NCBI GenBank assembly: GCA_964016885.1
Contig: OZ024760.1
Coordinates: 34,224,001 to 34,288,000 of the forward strand
From: Eledone cirrhosa
Taxonomy: Eukaryota
Direction: 5' to 3'
DNA length: 64,000 bases
A program made the translations under genes and the position numbers. Positions 15,322-32,498 of this stretch are shown in pieces. Position 1 is the stretch's first letter. Each line of letters starts with the position of its first letter. Under the pieces are notes generated by a model that saw only the letters and a list, made by a program, of their open reading frames with translations, did no database searches and was not told the DNA's origin.

Positions 15322-16558
15322 AGATCAAAAGATGGTTAAAGGAGTTCCATGTATTTTATTATGCGCATTTCAAAAACAAACATCATGCAATAATATTTGT
15401 GTTTTCATCAGATAAAACAGGAGAACATGATATGAAGGCTAAAAATCACTTGTGGATAGTGCAGTTTTAAATCAACATATGAAAAGTGGTTTTAGATTGA
15501 TGTGTGATATTGGGAAACATATTTTATTTAGAGAGGGGGGGTGTGGAAAGGATGAAAAAGGGGAGGAGATGAGAGGGAGAGATGGGTGATAGAGAGAAAG
15601 AGATAGTTTTTATAACTGAGAGAAGATATATTGTTTTACATAGAGAGGTTGACAACCGTTGGAAGATAATGTATAAATTAAAAGAATTTGAAAATTAACG
15701 AAGGGAAGATATGTATGAGGAAAAAATATTTTATTTAGGGAGGGTGGGGGTGGAAAGGATGAAAAAAAGGGGGAGGAGATGAGAGTGGAGAGGGAGAGAT
15801 GGGTGATAGAGAGAAAGAGATAGTTTTTATAACTGAGAAAAAGATATATTGTTTTACATAGAGAGGTTGAGAACCGTTGGAAGATAATGTATAAATTAAA
15901 AGAATTTGAAAATTAACGAAGGGAATTTATGTATGAAGATAGAGAGAAAAAAATAATAATTGTGGATGAATATTCTAACGTCAAAAAAAAGTGTATGTTG
16001 ATAAGTATTGTGGCAATTTCAAAATTAACGAAGAGAAAAAATTAAGGTTTGTGTGTAGAAGGATTTGAGAAAAATAATGTGAAGTTAAAGTTTGTATATT
16101 GAAGGAATTGATATGTGCAAATAAAGAGTTAATATGTATTAAGAATGAGTTCGTTGATGGGGAGAAAAAAATAATAAATTAAGGATGAAATTGAGATTAA
16201 AAAGTTTTATGATAGAGAGAAAAAATAATAATAATTGCGGATGAATATTCTAACGTCAAAAAAACAAATGTATATGTTATGAAGGATTTTACAAGGTGAA
16301 GATAGAAAGAGGGTAATGAGTAAACAAGTATTATAGAGTGTATAATGCCCTTTGAAGTAAGGTAGGAAGATGGGTATATTTTAAAGAGGTGTATGTATAT
16401 GTGCCTTTGAGAAAAGATTCTAAATTGATAAAGAATTGAATATTAACTGTATACTTTGTGAAAAGTCCTATGGAATTTATGCAGGCAGATAGAAAACAAA
16501 TCTGTATCTTATCCGATATCTGCATTGCTTTATTGTACTACAATAAAACTCACCTCCT
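15322..16558 (-). mobile_element. Solo pLTR-like element with HHR and internal tandem duplications
   Basis: Interrupts the right arm of the fold-back. HHR at 15354-15417; ~205 bp tandem unit (15520-15718 / 15727-15937); ~55 bp repeat (15938-15990 / 16211-16264). Confidence 0.65.
15354..15417 (-). ncRNA. Type I hammerhead ribozyme
   Basis: ttttat-CTGATGA-aaacacaaatatta/ttgca/tgatgtttgttttt-GAAAT-GCGC-ATA-ataaaa. 6 bp stem I; palindromic stem III atgcgcat. Confidence 0.8.
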
Positions 16559-16565
16559 ACATATG

Positions 16566-16598
<33 letters not shown>

Positions 16599-16730
16599 GA
16601 ATATATGTATGAATGGTGTATCTCTATATATATAAATATATGTATGTATGGTGTATGTGTGTGTATATATATATATATGTTCTGTTTTGTTCCCGTTATA
16701 TATGTGTATATGTGTGTGTCTGTGTGTGTG

Positions 16731-16761
<31 letters not shown>

Positions 16762-16782
16762 ATGTATGTGTATATTTATATG

Positions 16783-16813
<31 letters not shown>

Positions 16814-16820
16814 TTGTGTG

Positions 16821-16869
<49 letters not shown>

Positions 16870-16911
16870 CACATGTGTATATATATATATGTGTGTATGT
16901 GTGTGTGTATA

Positions 16912-16956
<45 letters not shown>

Positions 16957-17527
16957 ATATATATATAAATATATTTATATGTGTGTGTGTTTTTATGTGT
17001 GTGTATGTGTATGTGTATTTATGGTTGCACGCGAGTGTGTGAGTGAGTGTGTTTTGTGAATGCGTCTGTTGATTTCTGGCATATAGTTGAATAGTTTAAG
17101 AGAAATTTGAGGATAATTGTAAGATATGCACTCAATATTTTGAATTTGTCTACAGAATTCTCTAAACCTTTGTCACTTAGTAGAACCTTAATGATTTTAG
17201 CTTTTAAAGAATCTCCCTTTCCTTTAAATCTATCTACCATGACTGACCCCCCACTGATCTTATAGACACCTGTTAGCTTAAGAGAAACTTAATAACAAGG
17301 AATGGCATGCCATCGTGAACCTGTTTATAGAGTTCTGTCTGCCTTTGTTACTCTAAAAACAAAAATAAATATAAATAAAAATAAAAATAAAAATAAACTA
17401 TAGCTTTGTAGAATTAGCTTTTAATGAATTCCCTTTTCTACAACCAATGACCTACACCTATGCTACTCCCCACCCTCTCCTACCACTTGTAGAGACCTAT
17501 AAATACCATACTTATTTTTTGATACCC

Positions 17528-17578
17528 AGATTCCTGATGATTTCTAAAGAATGAAACAGTTCTAGTCCTGTAGAATCT
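17528..17578 (+). ncRNA. Type I hammerhead ribozyme (PLE-2 family)
   Basis: agattc-CTGATGA-tttctaaagaat-GAAAC-agttctagtcct-GTA-gaatct. 6 bp stem I; weak stem II. Confidence 0.75.
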
Positions 17579-17594
17579 CATCTATATATGTATA

Positions 17595-18132
17595 TATAGT
17601 ATTAGTTATACTATTTATGGTTATGTAAATACAAAACCTTATGCAGTTATAAGTATTTTACACACACCCTAAATAGTGGTAGGCAGTAATGTATTACTAC
17701 CTTATTACCAGTAAGTTAAGTAGCCAATGTAAAAACATCAGATGATTTACAGAGCAGTTATATGAAATATAAGAATCAAAGAACTGTTCAAAACATTATT
17801 GTGCTTACAGCTGTTTCCTCCAAACCTTTGCACTATATAACCGCTTATCTTCATGTATTTTAACCTGTATTTTTGATTTTTGATTGTACCTCTTAATATA
17901 AATGTAATCTCGAAGTGTGTACTGCCACTCTAAATTCTGTAATGAATGTTGATCCACAATGTTTGAATATGTATCAATGTTTGAATATGTATCGGTATGT
18001 CTCTCGGCTGAAAAGGAGGTCATATAACTGTCCATGCATTAATAAATTGCTCCGAAGAATCCAAACCTCGGTTTGTAGGAAACAGCTGTAAGCACAATAA
18101 TGTTTTGAACAGTTCTTTGATTCTTATATTTC

Positions 18133-18135
<3 letters not shown>
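17595..18135. mobile_element. pLTR fragments in inverted arrangement
   Basis: 17761-17826 is the reverse complement of 18070-18135 (one mismatch); HHR at 18048-18094. Confidence 0.7.
18048..18094 (+). ncRNA. Hammerhead with a core substitution (CCGAAGA)
   Basis: tgct-CCGAAGA-atccaaac/ctcg/gtttgtag-GAAAC-AGCT-GTA-agca. The inverted copy reads gtttggag, which improves stem II pairing. Confidence 0.65.
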
Positions 18136-21751
<3,616 letters not shown>

Positions 21752-21973
21752 TTCTAGTCGATCGACTTTCGTCAAATCGGACCGAGGAAACTATGTTTCC
21801 GTTGGTCTTTCCAATTGCTAATACTATCTATCGGTCGCAACTCCAGGTAGAAGGAGCAACGTGAAATAAAGTGTCTTGCTCAAGGACATAACGCATCGCC
21901 TGGTTCAGGAATCGAACTCACAACCTCACGATTGTGAATCCAATACTCTAACCACTCAGCCACACGCCTTCAC
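21752..21973 (-). mobile_element. tRNA-derived SINE
   Basis: A box TGGCTGAGTGG (21952-21962) and B box GAGTTCGATTCC (21908-21919), then tccttgagcaagacactttatttcac body shared with ~52972-52997. Confidence 0.85.
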
Positions 21974-22010
21974 GTATATATATATATGTATATATATATA
22001 TATGTATATG

Positions 22011-22055
<45 letters not shown>

Positions 22056-22116
22056 GTATATATATGTATATATATATATATATATGTATATATATGTATA
22101 TATATATATATACATG

Positions 22117-22168
<52 letters not shown>

Positions 22169-22172
22169 CATG

Positions 22173-22203
<31 letters not shown>

Positions 22204-22428
22204 GTATATATATATATGTATGTATATATATATATATATATAATAATATTATAATTTATATATATAGTATATATATATATAGTATATATATATTATATAT
22301 GTATATATGTATATGTATATATTATATGTATATGTATATATATATTGTATATATATATGTATATGTATATATATATATGTATATATATATATGTATATAT
22401 ATGTATGTATATATATATATATTTATAG

Positions 22429-22465
<37 letters not shown>

Positions 22466-22830
22466 TATTTAATTATATATATATTATATATATGTATATT
22501 ATATATTATATGTATATATTAATATGTATATTTATATGTATATGTATATGTATATTATATATATATGTACATGTATATATATATGTATATGTATATATAT
22601 ATATGTATATATATATATATGTATATATATGTATAAGTATATATATATATGTATATATATATGTATATATATATATGTATATATATGTTTATGTATATAT
22701 ATATATGTATATATATATATGTATATATATGTATATATAGATATATAGTATATATATGTATATATATATATATGTGTATATGTATATATATATATATATG
22801 TATATGTATATGTATATATATATATATATG

Positions 22831-22877
<47 letters not shown>

Positions 22878-23060
22878 GTTATATATATGTATATATATAT
22901 ATGTGTATATATGTATATATATATATTTGTGTATATATGTATATATATGTATATATATATATATATGTGTATATATGTATATATATATATTTGTGTATAT
23001 ATGTGTATATATGTATATATATATATGTGTATATATGTGTATATATATATGTATATATAT
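21974..23060. repeat. (TA)n/(TATG)n microsatellite
   Basis: Directly visible. Confidence 0.95.
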
Positions 23061-23558
23061 ACTACAACATCTTTGGCTACTGCTATCTCAAGGAATTTAC
23101 CTTCTAATACCGGAACAAGAACTCTCCCTCCCACAGTCCACAAAGGTCGTCAAATCCTACTCAAACCATCATCTACACCTCTCACAACACACACACCCAC
23201 ATACCCACCCACTCGAAACCCCATCATTTGCCGCTACTCTCTACGCTATAGAATATGTATGGATAGTGGCTGCAAATTCACCCATTTACCTAGGACAAAA
23301 CGATCTATCCCCACAAACAGCCACCACCATAATACATACTCTAATTTAACACCAACACAACCACCAATAACTCAAACAAGTAATCCACAAATCTGCCGCT
23401 TTTTCCTGCGAGACAGATTGTGTTTAGACCGGGATTGTCCCTTTACCCATCTCCCAGGGACCTGTCCGACAAATGAAAATAAAATTAAAAATAAAAGCAA
23501 AAACAAAAACCATAACCTACATAAAAATAACCACTACCAGTCACCAACAGTCTTCTAA
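23061..23558 (+). pseudogene. ORF1 C-terminal part with two CCCH zinc fingers
   Basis: [23 protein letters not shown] and [23 protein letters not shown] (both C-x8-C-x4-C-x3-H). Confidence 0.75.
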
Positions 23559-23675
23559 ACAGGAAAATTCTTCCTCTTTTTTAGCCATAATGAATCTGGC
23601 AAAAGAACTGGAAAAAAACATTCGAGCTATCACCCAGCACCACCCTCCACTATCACCCCACTGCACAAACTCCCT

Positions 23676-26600
23676 TTGCTGTCATTAACAAACAAACAAA
23701 TTAACAACACACCAAAACAATTAAAACCATCCACTCTCGCCTCTACATTTTTGCTTAACGCCCAAGGCATCAGCCCTTACACCAATACTCAAAAATGGAA
23801 GATCAAATTCCTGGAGGACTGGGTTGATGTCCATCCAAACCACATCCCTTTCTTCCTCCTCACTGAAACCCATCTCAGTAACCTCCACTTGGAAGCCGAG
23901 GTGAAAGTGAAAAATTTCAAAGCCATCCGTGCTGATCGCGCTGGCAGAAGAAAGGGTGGGACTGCCATTTATGTCCATAATTCTTTCTCAACAGAGGCTA
24001 TGAACATATTTACTAATGGATACTGCGAAGCAGTCACTGTATTCAGTCAAACCAACAACCTAATAGTAGTTGGGCTCTATAGGCCACCCCAAACGCCTGT
24101 ACCATGCTTCAAGGAATGCCTCAACAGCATAAAGTGTTTCATCCAAGAGTGTCACTCTGACAACATCTTAATGATGGGGGACTTCAACCTCCCCGGACTT
24201 GACTGGTCCACAAACAGCCTGCCACCAGGTTCTTCTGCCTCAACCTCTGACAGGGAAGCAGTGGAATCGCTTCTTGACTTCATGGATGATTTCTTCCTAT
24301 CCCAACTGGTGCTCGAACCAACGAGGTGCCACAAAAACATCCTAGACTTAATTTTCAGCAATCACACTGACAATATCCACAATATTGCAGTGGAGAAAAC
24401 TCTACTCTCTGATCATGACATGGTTCTCTGTGATCTGACATTCCACCGTCCAATATACAAACCCAATGTCATCTCTCCTGTCCATCCGTTTGACGCTATG
24501 GATTTCCACAATGCAAACTGGGAAGCGATCAGTCATGATCTTGCACATGTCGACTGGTCCTTCACGCACACTCATACACCCACTAACATCAAAAAGTCCT
24601 GGCAGACATTTGTGGACACTGTTACAAACATATGTGCTAAACACACCCCATTAAGAACTAAAAACAAATCTAAGAGCAGAATCCCTAGAAATAGAAAAAC
24701 GCTCATCAGAAAAATTAAGAGAACGAACAAAAAAAATCAACAAGCTGAAATACTGTCAGCAACAACACATCAACTTGACTGCCATTTCATCACTAGAGAT
24801 TAAAAAACATAACCTACAAAACGACATAATGTCCCTCATCAACAATCAGAGAAGAGCTGAAGAGGCCTGGGCCATTGAGAAGATCAAACTCAATCCCAAA
24901 GTGTTCTTTTCATTTGCAAAAAAACACAAAATCACTGGCTCTACTGTTGGCCCTCTAATTGATGAAAATGGCACTCTTCAAGACAATGCTAAAACCATGG
25001 GTGAGATACTACAGAAACAATACTGCTCTGTTTTCAGCAATCCTGATATGGCCGATCTGGGCTGTATCGGCGATGTTACTCCCCATTACACCTTATCGGA
25101 CATAACGTTTGGCGCCCCTGATGTCTTAGCGGCAATAAAGGAAATCAAGCATAATTCAGCAGTAGGTCCCGATAGGTTCCCTGCTTGTGTCTTGAAGGCG
25201 TGTCAACACCAACTTGCATCTTCTCTTGCCAATCTGTGGCGGAACTCACTGGATGCTGGATATGTGCCAGAAAACCTTCTATCCCAGTCTGTTGTCCCAG
25301 TTTTCAAAAAAGGAAACAAATCCCTTGCCGTGAATTACCGTCCAATCTCACTCACCTTTCATATCATTAAGGTATTTGAGAGAGTGGTGAGATCGCGAAT
25401 GACCCACTTCCTTGAGAGTAACAATATGCTGAACTCCAACCAGCATGGATTCCGTAATGGAAGGGATTGCCTGACGCAGCTACTGCATCACTTTGATGAC
25501 ATTTTGAGAGCCTTGGGAGAGGGTTCCAACACTGATGTTATCTACCTTGATTTCAGCAAGGCCTTTGACAAGGTTGATCATAACATTCTGCTGAGAAAGC
25601 TGTCCAATATTGGTGTCACTGGAAAGCTGCTGCAGTGGATCAAGAGCTTCCTGTCAAACAGAACCCAACATGTTGTAGTTGAAGGAGTCAAATCCAGCCC
25701 AGCCAAAGTCAGTAGTGGGGTCCCACAAGGCACTGTGTTGGGCCCACTTCTCTTCATCATCTATATTAATGACATCACTGACATCATCAAACACAGCAAC
25801 ATTAAAATTTTCGCTGATGATTCCAAGCTCCAAAAGGTCATCAATGGCGTGGATGACCGGATAAGCCTTCAGTCAGACCTACTGGCTGTTACCCAATGGG
25901 CGGAAAAGAACAACATGTTACTGAATGAAGACAAATTCGAACTGATCCACTTTGGAAAAGAGGATGCTCTGAAACTCCCGTACTCCCTTCCCTCCGGGGA
26001 AACTCTCGTGGCATCTAACAACATCAGAGACTTGGGAGTAACCGTGGACAGCAACATAAGCTGGGCCACGCATATAAGCAGCAAAGTTGACATGGCCCGC
26101 GGAATGTGTTCCTGAATCCTCAGAACCTTCCAGTCGAGAGATTCCCACACCATTATCATTCTCTTCTCTACTTTTGCCCGACCACACCTTGAATACTGTT
26201 GTCCACTGTGGTCTCCCCACACGAAACAAAGTATCATGAAACTTGAAGCTCCTCAAAGGGCAATCACGAAAAAGATAGATGGCATGTCAGACCTTGACTA
26301 CTGGGGTCGACTAGAAAAGCTGAAACTTTACTCACTCCAACGTCGCCGTGAGCGTTATATTATCTGCATGATGTGGAAAATGTTCCATCATCACTGCCCA
26401 AATGATGTTGGCATCGCCTTCAAGATACACCCAAGGCTTGGGCCCCGTGCTATCTGTCCCATACAAAAATCTAAATCGCAACTCATAACAACAATACGGC
26501 ACAATTATTTCACCTCAATAGGCCCTGCTCTCTTCAACATCACACCAGGACACGTCAAAACAGAAACTGACCACACAAAATTCAAGAAGTCTTTGGATAA

Positions 26601-26697
26601 ATTCCTCCAAGTAATCCCGGACAAACCACCCACACCCGGATATGTCTCCGCAAACAGTGATTCTCTTCTCGAATGGGCCATGGTGCCCAAATCCTGA
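23676..26697 (+). pseudogene. ORF2: AP endonuclease + reverse transcriptase (one frameshift near the A run ~24730; one TGA at 26113-26115)
   Basis: APE motifs LNAQG, TETHL, GGTAIYV, YRPP, MGDFN, LDLIF, SDH; RT motifs NYRPISL, QHGFR, DFSKAFDKV, GVPQGTVLGP, FADDSK, RDLGV. ORF 26236-26697 (LQRRRER) is in frame with 24775. Confidence 0.95.
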
Positions 26698-26783
26698 ATT
26701 GAAAGACTTCGCCAGGTGGTGCTATTAAGTTAGACATGGCCTGGGCCAATACTGGCCAAAACATTTCAAAGTTATTCAAAGTT

Positions 26784-27098
<315 letters not shown>

Positions 27099-27113
27099 GT
27101 TTTAATATAGAAG

Positions 27114-27164
27114 AGATTCTACAGGACTAGAACTGTTTCATTCATTAGAAATCATCAGGAATCT
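27114..27164 (-). ncRNA. Type I hammerhead in the inverted pLTR
   Basis: Reverse complement of 31933-31983. Confidence 0.75.
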
Positions 27165-27474
27165 GGGTATCAAAAAATAAATATGGTATTTATAGGTCTC
27201 TACAAGTGGTAGGAGAGGGTGGGGAGTGGGATGGGTGCAGGTCATTGGTTGATAGAGAAGGGAATTCATTAAAGGCTAATTCTACATAGCTATAGTTAAT
27301 TTATATTTATTTATGTTTTTAGAGTAACAAAGGCAGACAGAAATCTATAAACAAGTTCCGGATGGCATACCATTCCTTGTCAATAAGTTTCTCTTAAGCT
27401 AGCAGATGTCTATAAAATCAGTGGGGGGTCATTCATGCTCGATAGAATTAAAGGAAAGGGAGATTCTTTAAAAG

Positions 27475-28920
27475 AAGGCAATATCATGGTTCCAAGAATT
27501 ACCCGATAAACACCACACTCGCTTCCTGCAACTCGACATAGAAAACTACTATGCCTCTATCTCGGAGCCCCTCCTGAAGGACGCAATTAACTTTGCCAGG
27601 AATTTTACCACCATTACCGATGCCGAGCAAGTTATTATCCTCCACGCTCGTAAGACCTTTCTATACCACGATGGATCTTACTGGATCAACAAGAAATCTC
27701 AGACCCCATTTGACGTTAGCATGGGGGCGAGTGACTCGGCTGAAATTAGCGACCTTGTGGGCCTGTACATCCTACATAACCTGAAGAACCTCTTTACCGG
27801 CCTTACTGGAGGTTTATACCGAGACAACGGCCTCTTCGCCCTGCATAAGGTTAGCCCCAGAACCACCGATGGGTTTCGGAAAAACTTAAGCTCTTTCTTC
27901 TCTAATCTAGGATTTAGTATTACTATAGATTCTAATTTGACTAGGGCCAACTTCTTAGATGTCACTCTCGACCTAGATACTTCCCTCTATTACCCGTACC
28001 ACAAACCTAACGAGTCCCTTAAATATATTAATGTTAATTCAAACCACCCCCAAAACATTACTGATAACCTAGTAAAAAGCGTCTCTATTAGAATATCTGG
28101 CCTCTCCGCCAACAAAGATATTTTTAATGCATCTGCCTCCTACTACAATGACGCCCTAGCCCGTAGCGGATTTAAAGATAAGATAACTTACCTAGAAACC
28201 ACCGCAAAATTGCAGAGGAGGAATAGACATAGGCAGATTAGCTGGTACAACCCTCCCTTCAATAGAGAGGTATCTACTCCGATAGCTAGGATTTTCTTCA
28301 CTTTACTGAAATTACACTTCCCCATACAACATAGGTACTACACCATCTTTAATAAGAACACTATAAGACTGTCTTACTCCACCACACCTAACCTAGCTAG
28401 GAATATAGCCAACCACAACTCTAAACTAAATAAGCCAACCACCTCCGAAACCAATCCCCGGACTGGGGCTCTATGTAATTGCCTAAATAAGGAAACATGC
28501 CCACTAGAAAACAAATGCCTCACAAACGACATCGTATACAAATGCGATGTCATCTCGGGCACCGAGGATTGCAAAAAAACTTACATCGGCATGACATCCA
28601 ACACCTTTAAGACCCGCTGGTATGCCCATACCCACTCCTTCAGAAGACCGGATAAATCAAACCAAACAACACTCGCCTCCTACGTTTGGGACCTCAAAAG
28701 GAACTCCACCCCCTTCACGCTTAATTGGAAAATACTCCAGAAAGCGCGCTCTTACGACGGAGGACACAAGGGCTGCGACCTTTGTACTTCAGAGAGTTAC
28801 GAAATTTTATTCGCCAAGGGCCCGCTACTGAACAAACTCTCTGAACACTGCCCGAACTGCATGCACAAGAACTTTGCAACATTCAAACACTTTAAGCCAG
28901 TGTTAAAGCCCGATGGCTAA
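27475..28920 (+). pseudogene. PLE RT + GIY-YIG, open frame but 5'-truncated; motif C reads YRDN
   Basis: The frame extends upstream of the tracked Met: KAISWF..FLQLDIENYYASI..FDVSMGASDSAEISDLVG..GLYRDNGL..CNCLNKETCPLENKC..IVYKC..YIGMTSNTFKTRWYAH..CDLCTSE..LLNKLSEHCPNCMH. Confidence 0.93.
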
Positions 28921-29409
28921 AAACGACCTCCCCCTATTGGCCCCTATACCTCCTCCCCACCCTACCCCCACCCCTCCTCAACCTGAAATACGGCCACTAT
29001 GGTCATGTGAGTACCTCTTTTGTATCTACTTTTTCTGCCTGTAGAGGTGTCTTTATGTGCCTGTGTATATGCGTATATTTACTGAGTACCTATTTACTTG
29101 TATGTGTATATATTTGTTTGTATATGTGTATATGTGTATGTGTTGTGTGTGTATATATATATGTATGTGTATGTGTATATATATATATATGTATATATAT
29201 TATATATATATGTATGTATATTTTATATATATATATATATATACTATATATATATGTGTGTGTTGTGTGTATGTATATATGTGTATATATACATATGTTT
29301 GTGTGAATACGTGTTTTATGTGTGTATATTTATGCAGGTATATGTTTGTATGTGTCTGTATTTATGTTTGTATGTATGTATGTATGTGTGTGTATGTATG
29401 TATATCGTA

Positions 29410-29458
<49 letters not shown>

Positions 29459-29592
29459 GTATATGTACGTATATGTATGTGTATGTATATGTGTGTGTGT
29501 ATGTATGTGTATATGTATATGTATGTTTTGTATATGTGTGTGTGTATATATTTGTCTGTATATATGTGTATATGTGTATATGTATGTGTATG

Positions 29593-29623
<31 letters not shown>

Positions 29624-29708
29624 GATATATATATATAATATGGATATATATATATATATATATTTATGTATATATATATATATGTGTATATATATATATG
29701 TATATATA

Positions 29709-29751
<43 letters not shown>

Positions 29752-30070
29752 GTGTGCGTGTGCGTGTGTGTATGTGTGTATATGTGTGCGTGTGTGTGTA
29801 TATATATATATATATATATGTGTGTATATGTATGTGTTTGTATGTATGTATATGTATATATGTGTGTATATATATGTGTGTGTATTTGTGAGTGTATATG
29901 TACATATATGTGTGTGTGTGTATGTACGTATGTGTATGTATATGTATGTGTATATGTATATGCATGCGTGTATATATATATATGTATATATATGTATATA
30001 TATATGTATGTATGTATGTGTATGTGTATGTGTGTGTATGTATGTATTTGTATGTGTCTGTGTATATATG

Positions 30071-30140
<70 letters not shown>

Positions 30141-30284
30141 TGTATGTATATATGTGCATGAGAGAGAGAATGTGTGTGTGTATATATATTTTGTGTGTGG
30201 GTGTGTGTATGTGTGTATGCACGCGTGTGTGTGTGTAAATATATATATATATATATATGTGTGTGTGTATGTGTGTGTGTATGC

Positions 30285-30338
<54 letters not shown>

Positions 30339-30460
30339 ATGTATATATGTGTGTGTATTTGTGCGTTATATCTCTGTATATATATGTGTATATTTATGTA
30401 TAGGTCTGTGTATGCATGTGTATGTTTGTGTATGTATGGATATATGTATGTATATATATA

Positions 30461-30491
<31 letters not shown>

Positions 30492-30493
30492 TC

Positions 30494-30535
<42 letters not shown>

Positions 30536-30602
30536 TTGTATGTGTGTGTTTAGAGAGATATATATATATGTATGTATATGTGTGTGTGTGTATGTATGTA
30601 TT

Positions 30603-30641
<39 letters not shown>

Positions 30642-30651
30642 ATGTATATAT

Positions 30652-30692
<41 letters not shown>

Positions 30693-30752
30693 TATGTATG
30701 TATGTGTATATATGTGTATGTGTGTGTGTATGTATGTGTATGTGTGTATATG

Positions 30753-30813
<61 letters not shown>

Positions 30814-30950
30814 ATGTGTGTGTGTATAGATATTTATACATATGTATACTCGTGTTTGTATGTATGCGTGTGAGTGTATTCACTTGTGTATATATATATG
30901 TGTGTATGTGTGTATGTATGTGTATGTGTGTGTGTATCCGTGTGTGTGTG

Positions 30951-30983
<33 letters not shown>

Positions 30984-31136
30984 GTATGTATATGTATATA
31001 TATATATATATATATATTTGTGTATATATATGTATGTGTGTATATATATGTGTATATATATATATGTATGTATGTGTGTGTGTGTGTATGTGTGTATATA
31101 TATATATATGTGTATATGTGTATATGTATGTGTGTG

Positions 31137-31222
<86 letters not shown>

Positions 31223-31443
31223 GTGTGCGTATGTATATGTGTATATGTATTTTATATATGTATGTATGTATGTATATGTGTATGTATGTGCGTGTACATG
31301 AATATATATTTGTATATATTTATATACTTTTTTTATATATGTGTGTGTGTTTTTATGTGTGTATTTGTGTTTATGTGTGTGTTTATGGTTGCGCGTAAGT
31401 GTGTGAGTGAGTATGTGTGTTTTTTTGGGTTTTTTTTAGGTGT

Positions 31444-31477
<34 letters not shown>

Positions 31478-31932
31478 TGAATGTGTCTGTTGATTTGGCA
31501 TATTGTTGATTAGTTTAAGAGAAGTTCGAAGATAATAGTAAGATATGCACTCAGTATTTTGAATCTGTCTGCAGAATTCCCTAGACCTTTGTCACTTAGC
31601 AGAACTTAATGACTTTAGCTTTTAAAGAATCTCCCTTTCCTTTAATTCTATTGAGCATGAATGACCCCCCACTGATTTTATAGACATCTGCTAGCTTAAG
31701 AGAAACTTATTGACAAGGAATGGTATGCCATCCGGAACTTGTTTATAGATTTCTGTCTGCCTTTGTTACTCTAAAAACATAAATAAATAAATATAAATTA
31801 ACTATAGCTATGTAGAATTAGCCTTTAATGAATTCCCTTCTCTATCAACCAATGACCTGCACCCATCCCACTCCCCACCCTCTCCTACCACTTGTAGAGA
31901 CCTATAAATACCATATTTATTTTTTGATACCC

Positions 31933-31983
31933 AGATTCCTGATGATTTCTAATGAATGAAACAGTTCTAGTCCTGTAGAATCT
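31933..31983 (+). ncRNA. Type I hammerhead ribozyme (PLE-2 pLTR)
   Basis: agattc-CTGATGA-tttctaatgaat-GAAAC-agttctagtcct-GTA-gaatct. Confidence 0.78.
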
Positions 31984-32063
31984 CTTCTATATTAAAACTA
32001 TTATACTCTGCTATGTATTGAGTACCTTACTTACTGTGGTTACCTCCGATTCAACCCGGAATA

Positions 32064-32159
<96 letters not shown>

Positions 32160-32164
32160 GTATG

Positions 32165-32220
<56 letters not shown>

Positions 32221-32258
32221 TACAAAAGTGATGCAGATATGTATATATATATATACAT

Positions 32259-32478
32259 ATCATCATCATCATCAACGTTTAACGTCCGTGTTCCATGCTT
32301 GCATGGGTTTGGACGGGGGTAGTCCCACTTGAGGCAAGAGTGATTGTCTTGCTCGCATAGGACTGTCTTGCAGGTTTTCTACAGTTGGATGCCCTTCCTA
32401 ACACCAACCACATTTACAGTGTGGGTCTGGGAGGTTTTTACCGTGTTGCCTACACGACCACATTACAGCGTGGACTGT
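32259..32478 (-). mobile_element. RTE family 3-like 3' tail fragment
   Basis: (CAT)n followed by aacgtccgtgttccatgcttgcatggg...ggatgcccttcctaacaccaacc. Confidence 0.88.
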
Positions 32479-32498
32479 ATATATATATATATATATAC

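Larger units (their letters stand above)
11714..17582. mobile_element. Head-to-head fold-back of the PLE-2-family microsatellite-rich terminal repeat, with later nested insertions
   Basis: 26 bp perfect palindrome at 13786-13811. The left arm (11714-13785, minus) mirrors the right arm (to ~17028). 13797-13915 is homologous to ~29005-29120, and 17015-17580 to 31383-31985. Confidence 0.82.
23061..26783 (+). mobile_element. CR1/L2-group non-LTR retrotransposon, truncated within ORF1
   Basis: ORF1 remnant, APE-RT ORF2, and ~85 bp 3'UTR ending (TTCAAAGTTA)2 then (TA)n. Confidence 0.92.

Noticed and set aside
21890-21973. tRNA genes here and at 53000-53084 and 44140-44226
   Set aside because: A/B boxes are present but no full cloverleaf; each continues into a SINE body.
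26113-26115. In-frame TGA as possible selenocysteine or readthrough
   Set aside because: It falls where Trp is plausible (CS-W-ILRTF), so a TGG>TGA mutation suffices; the copy also has a frameshift and no evident SECIS.
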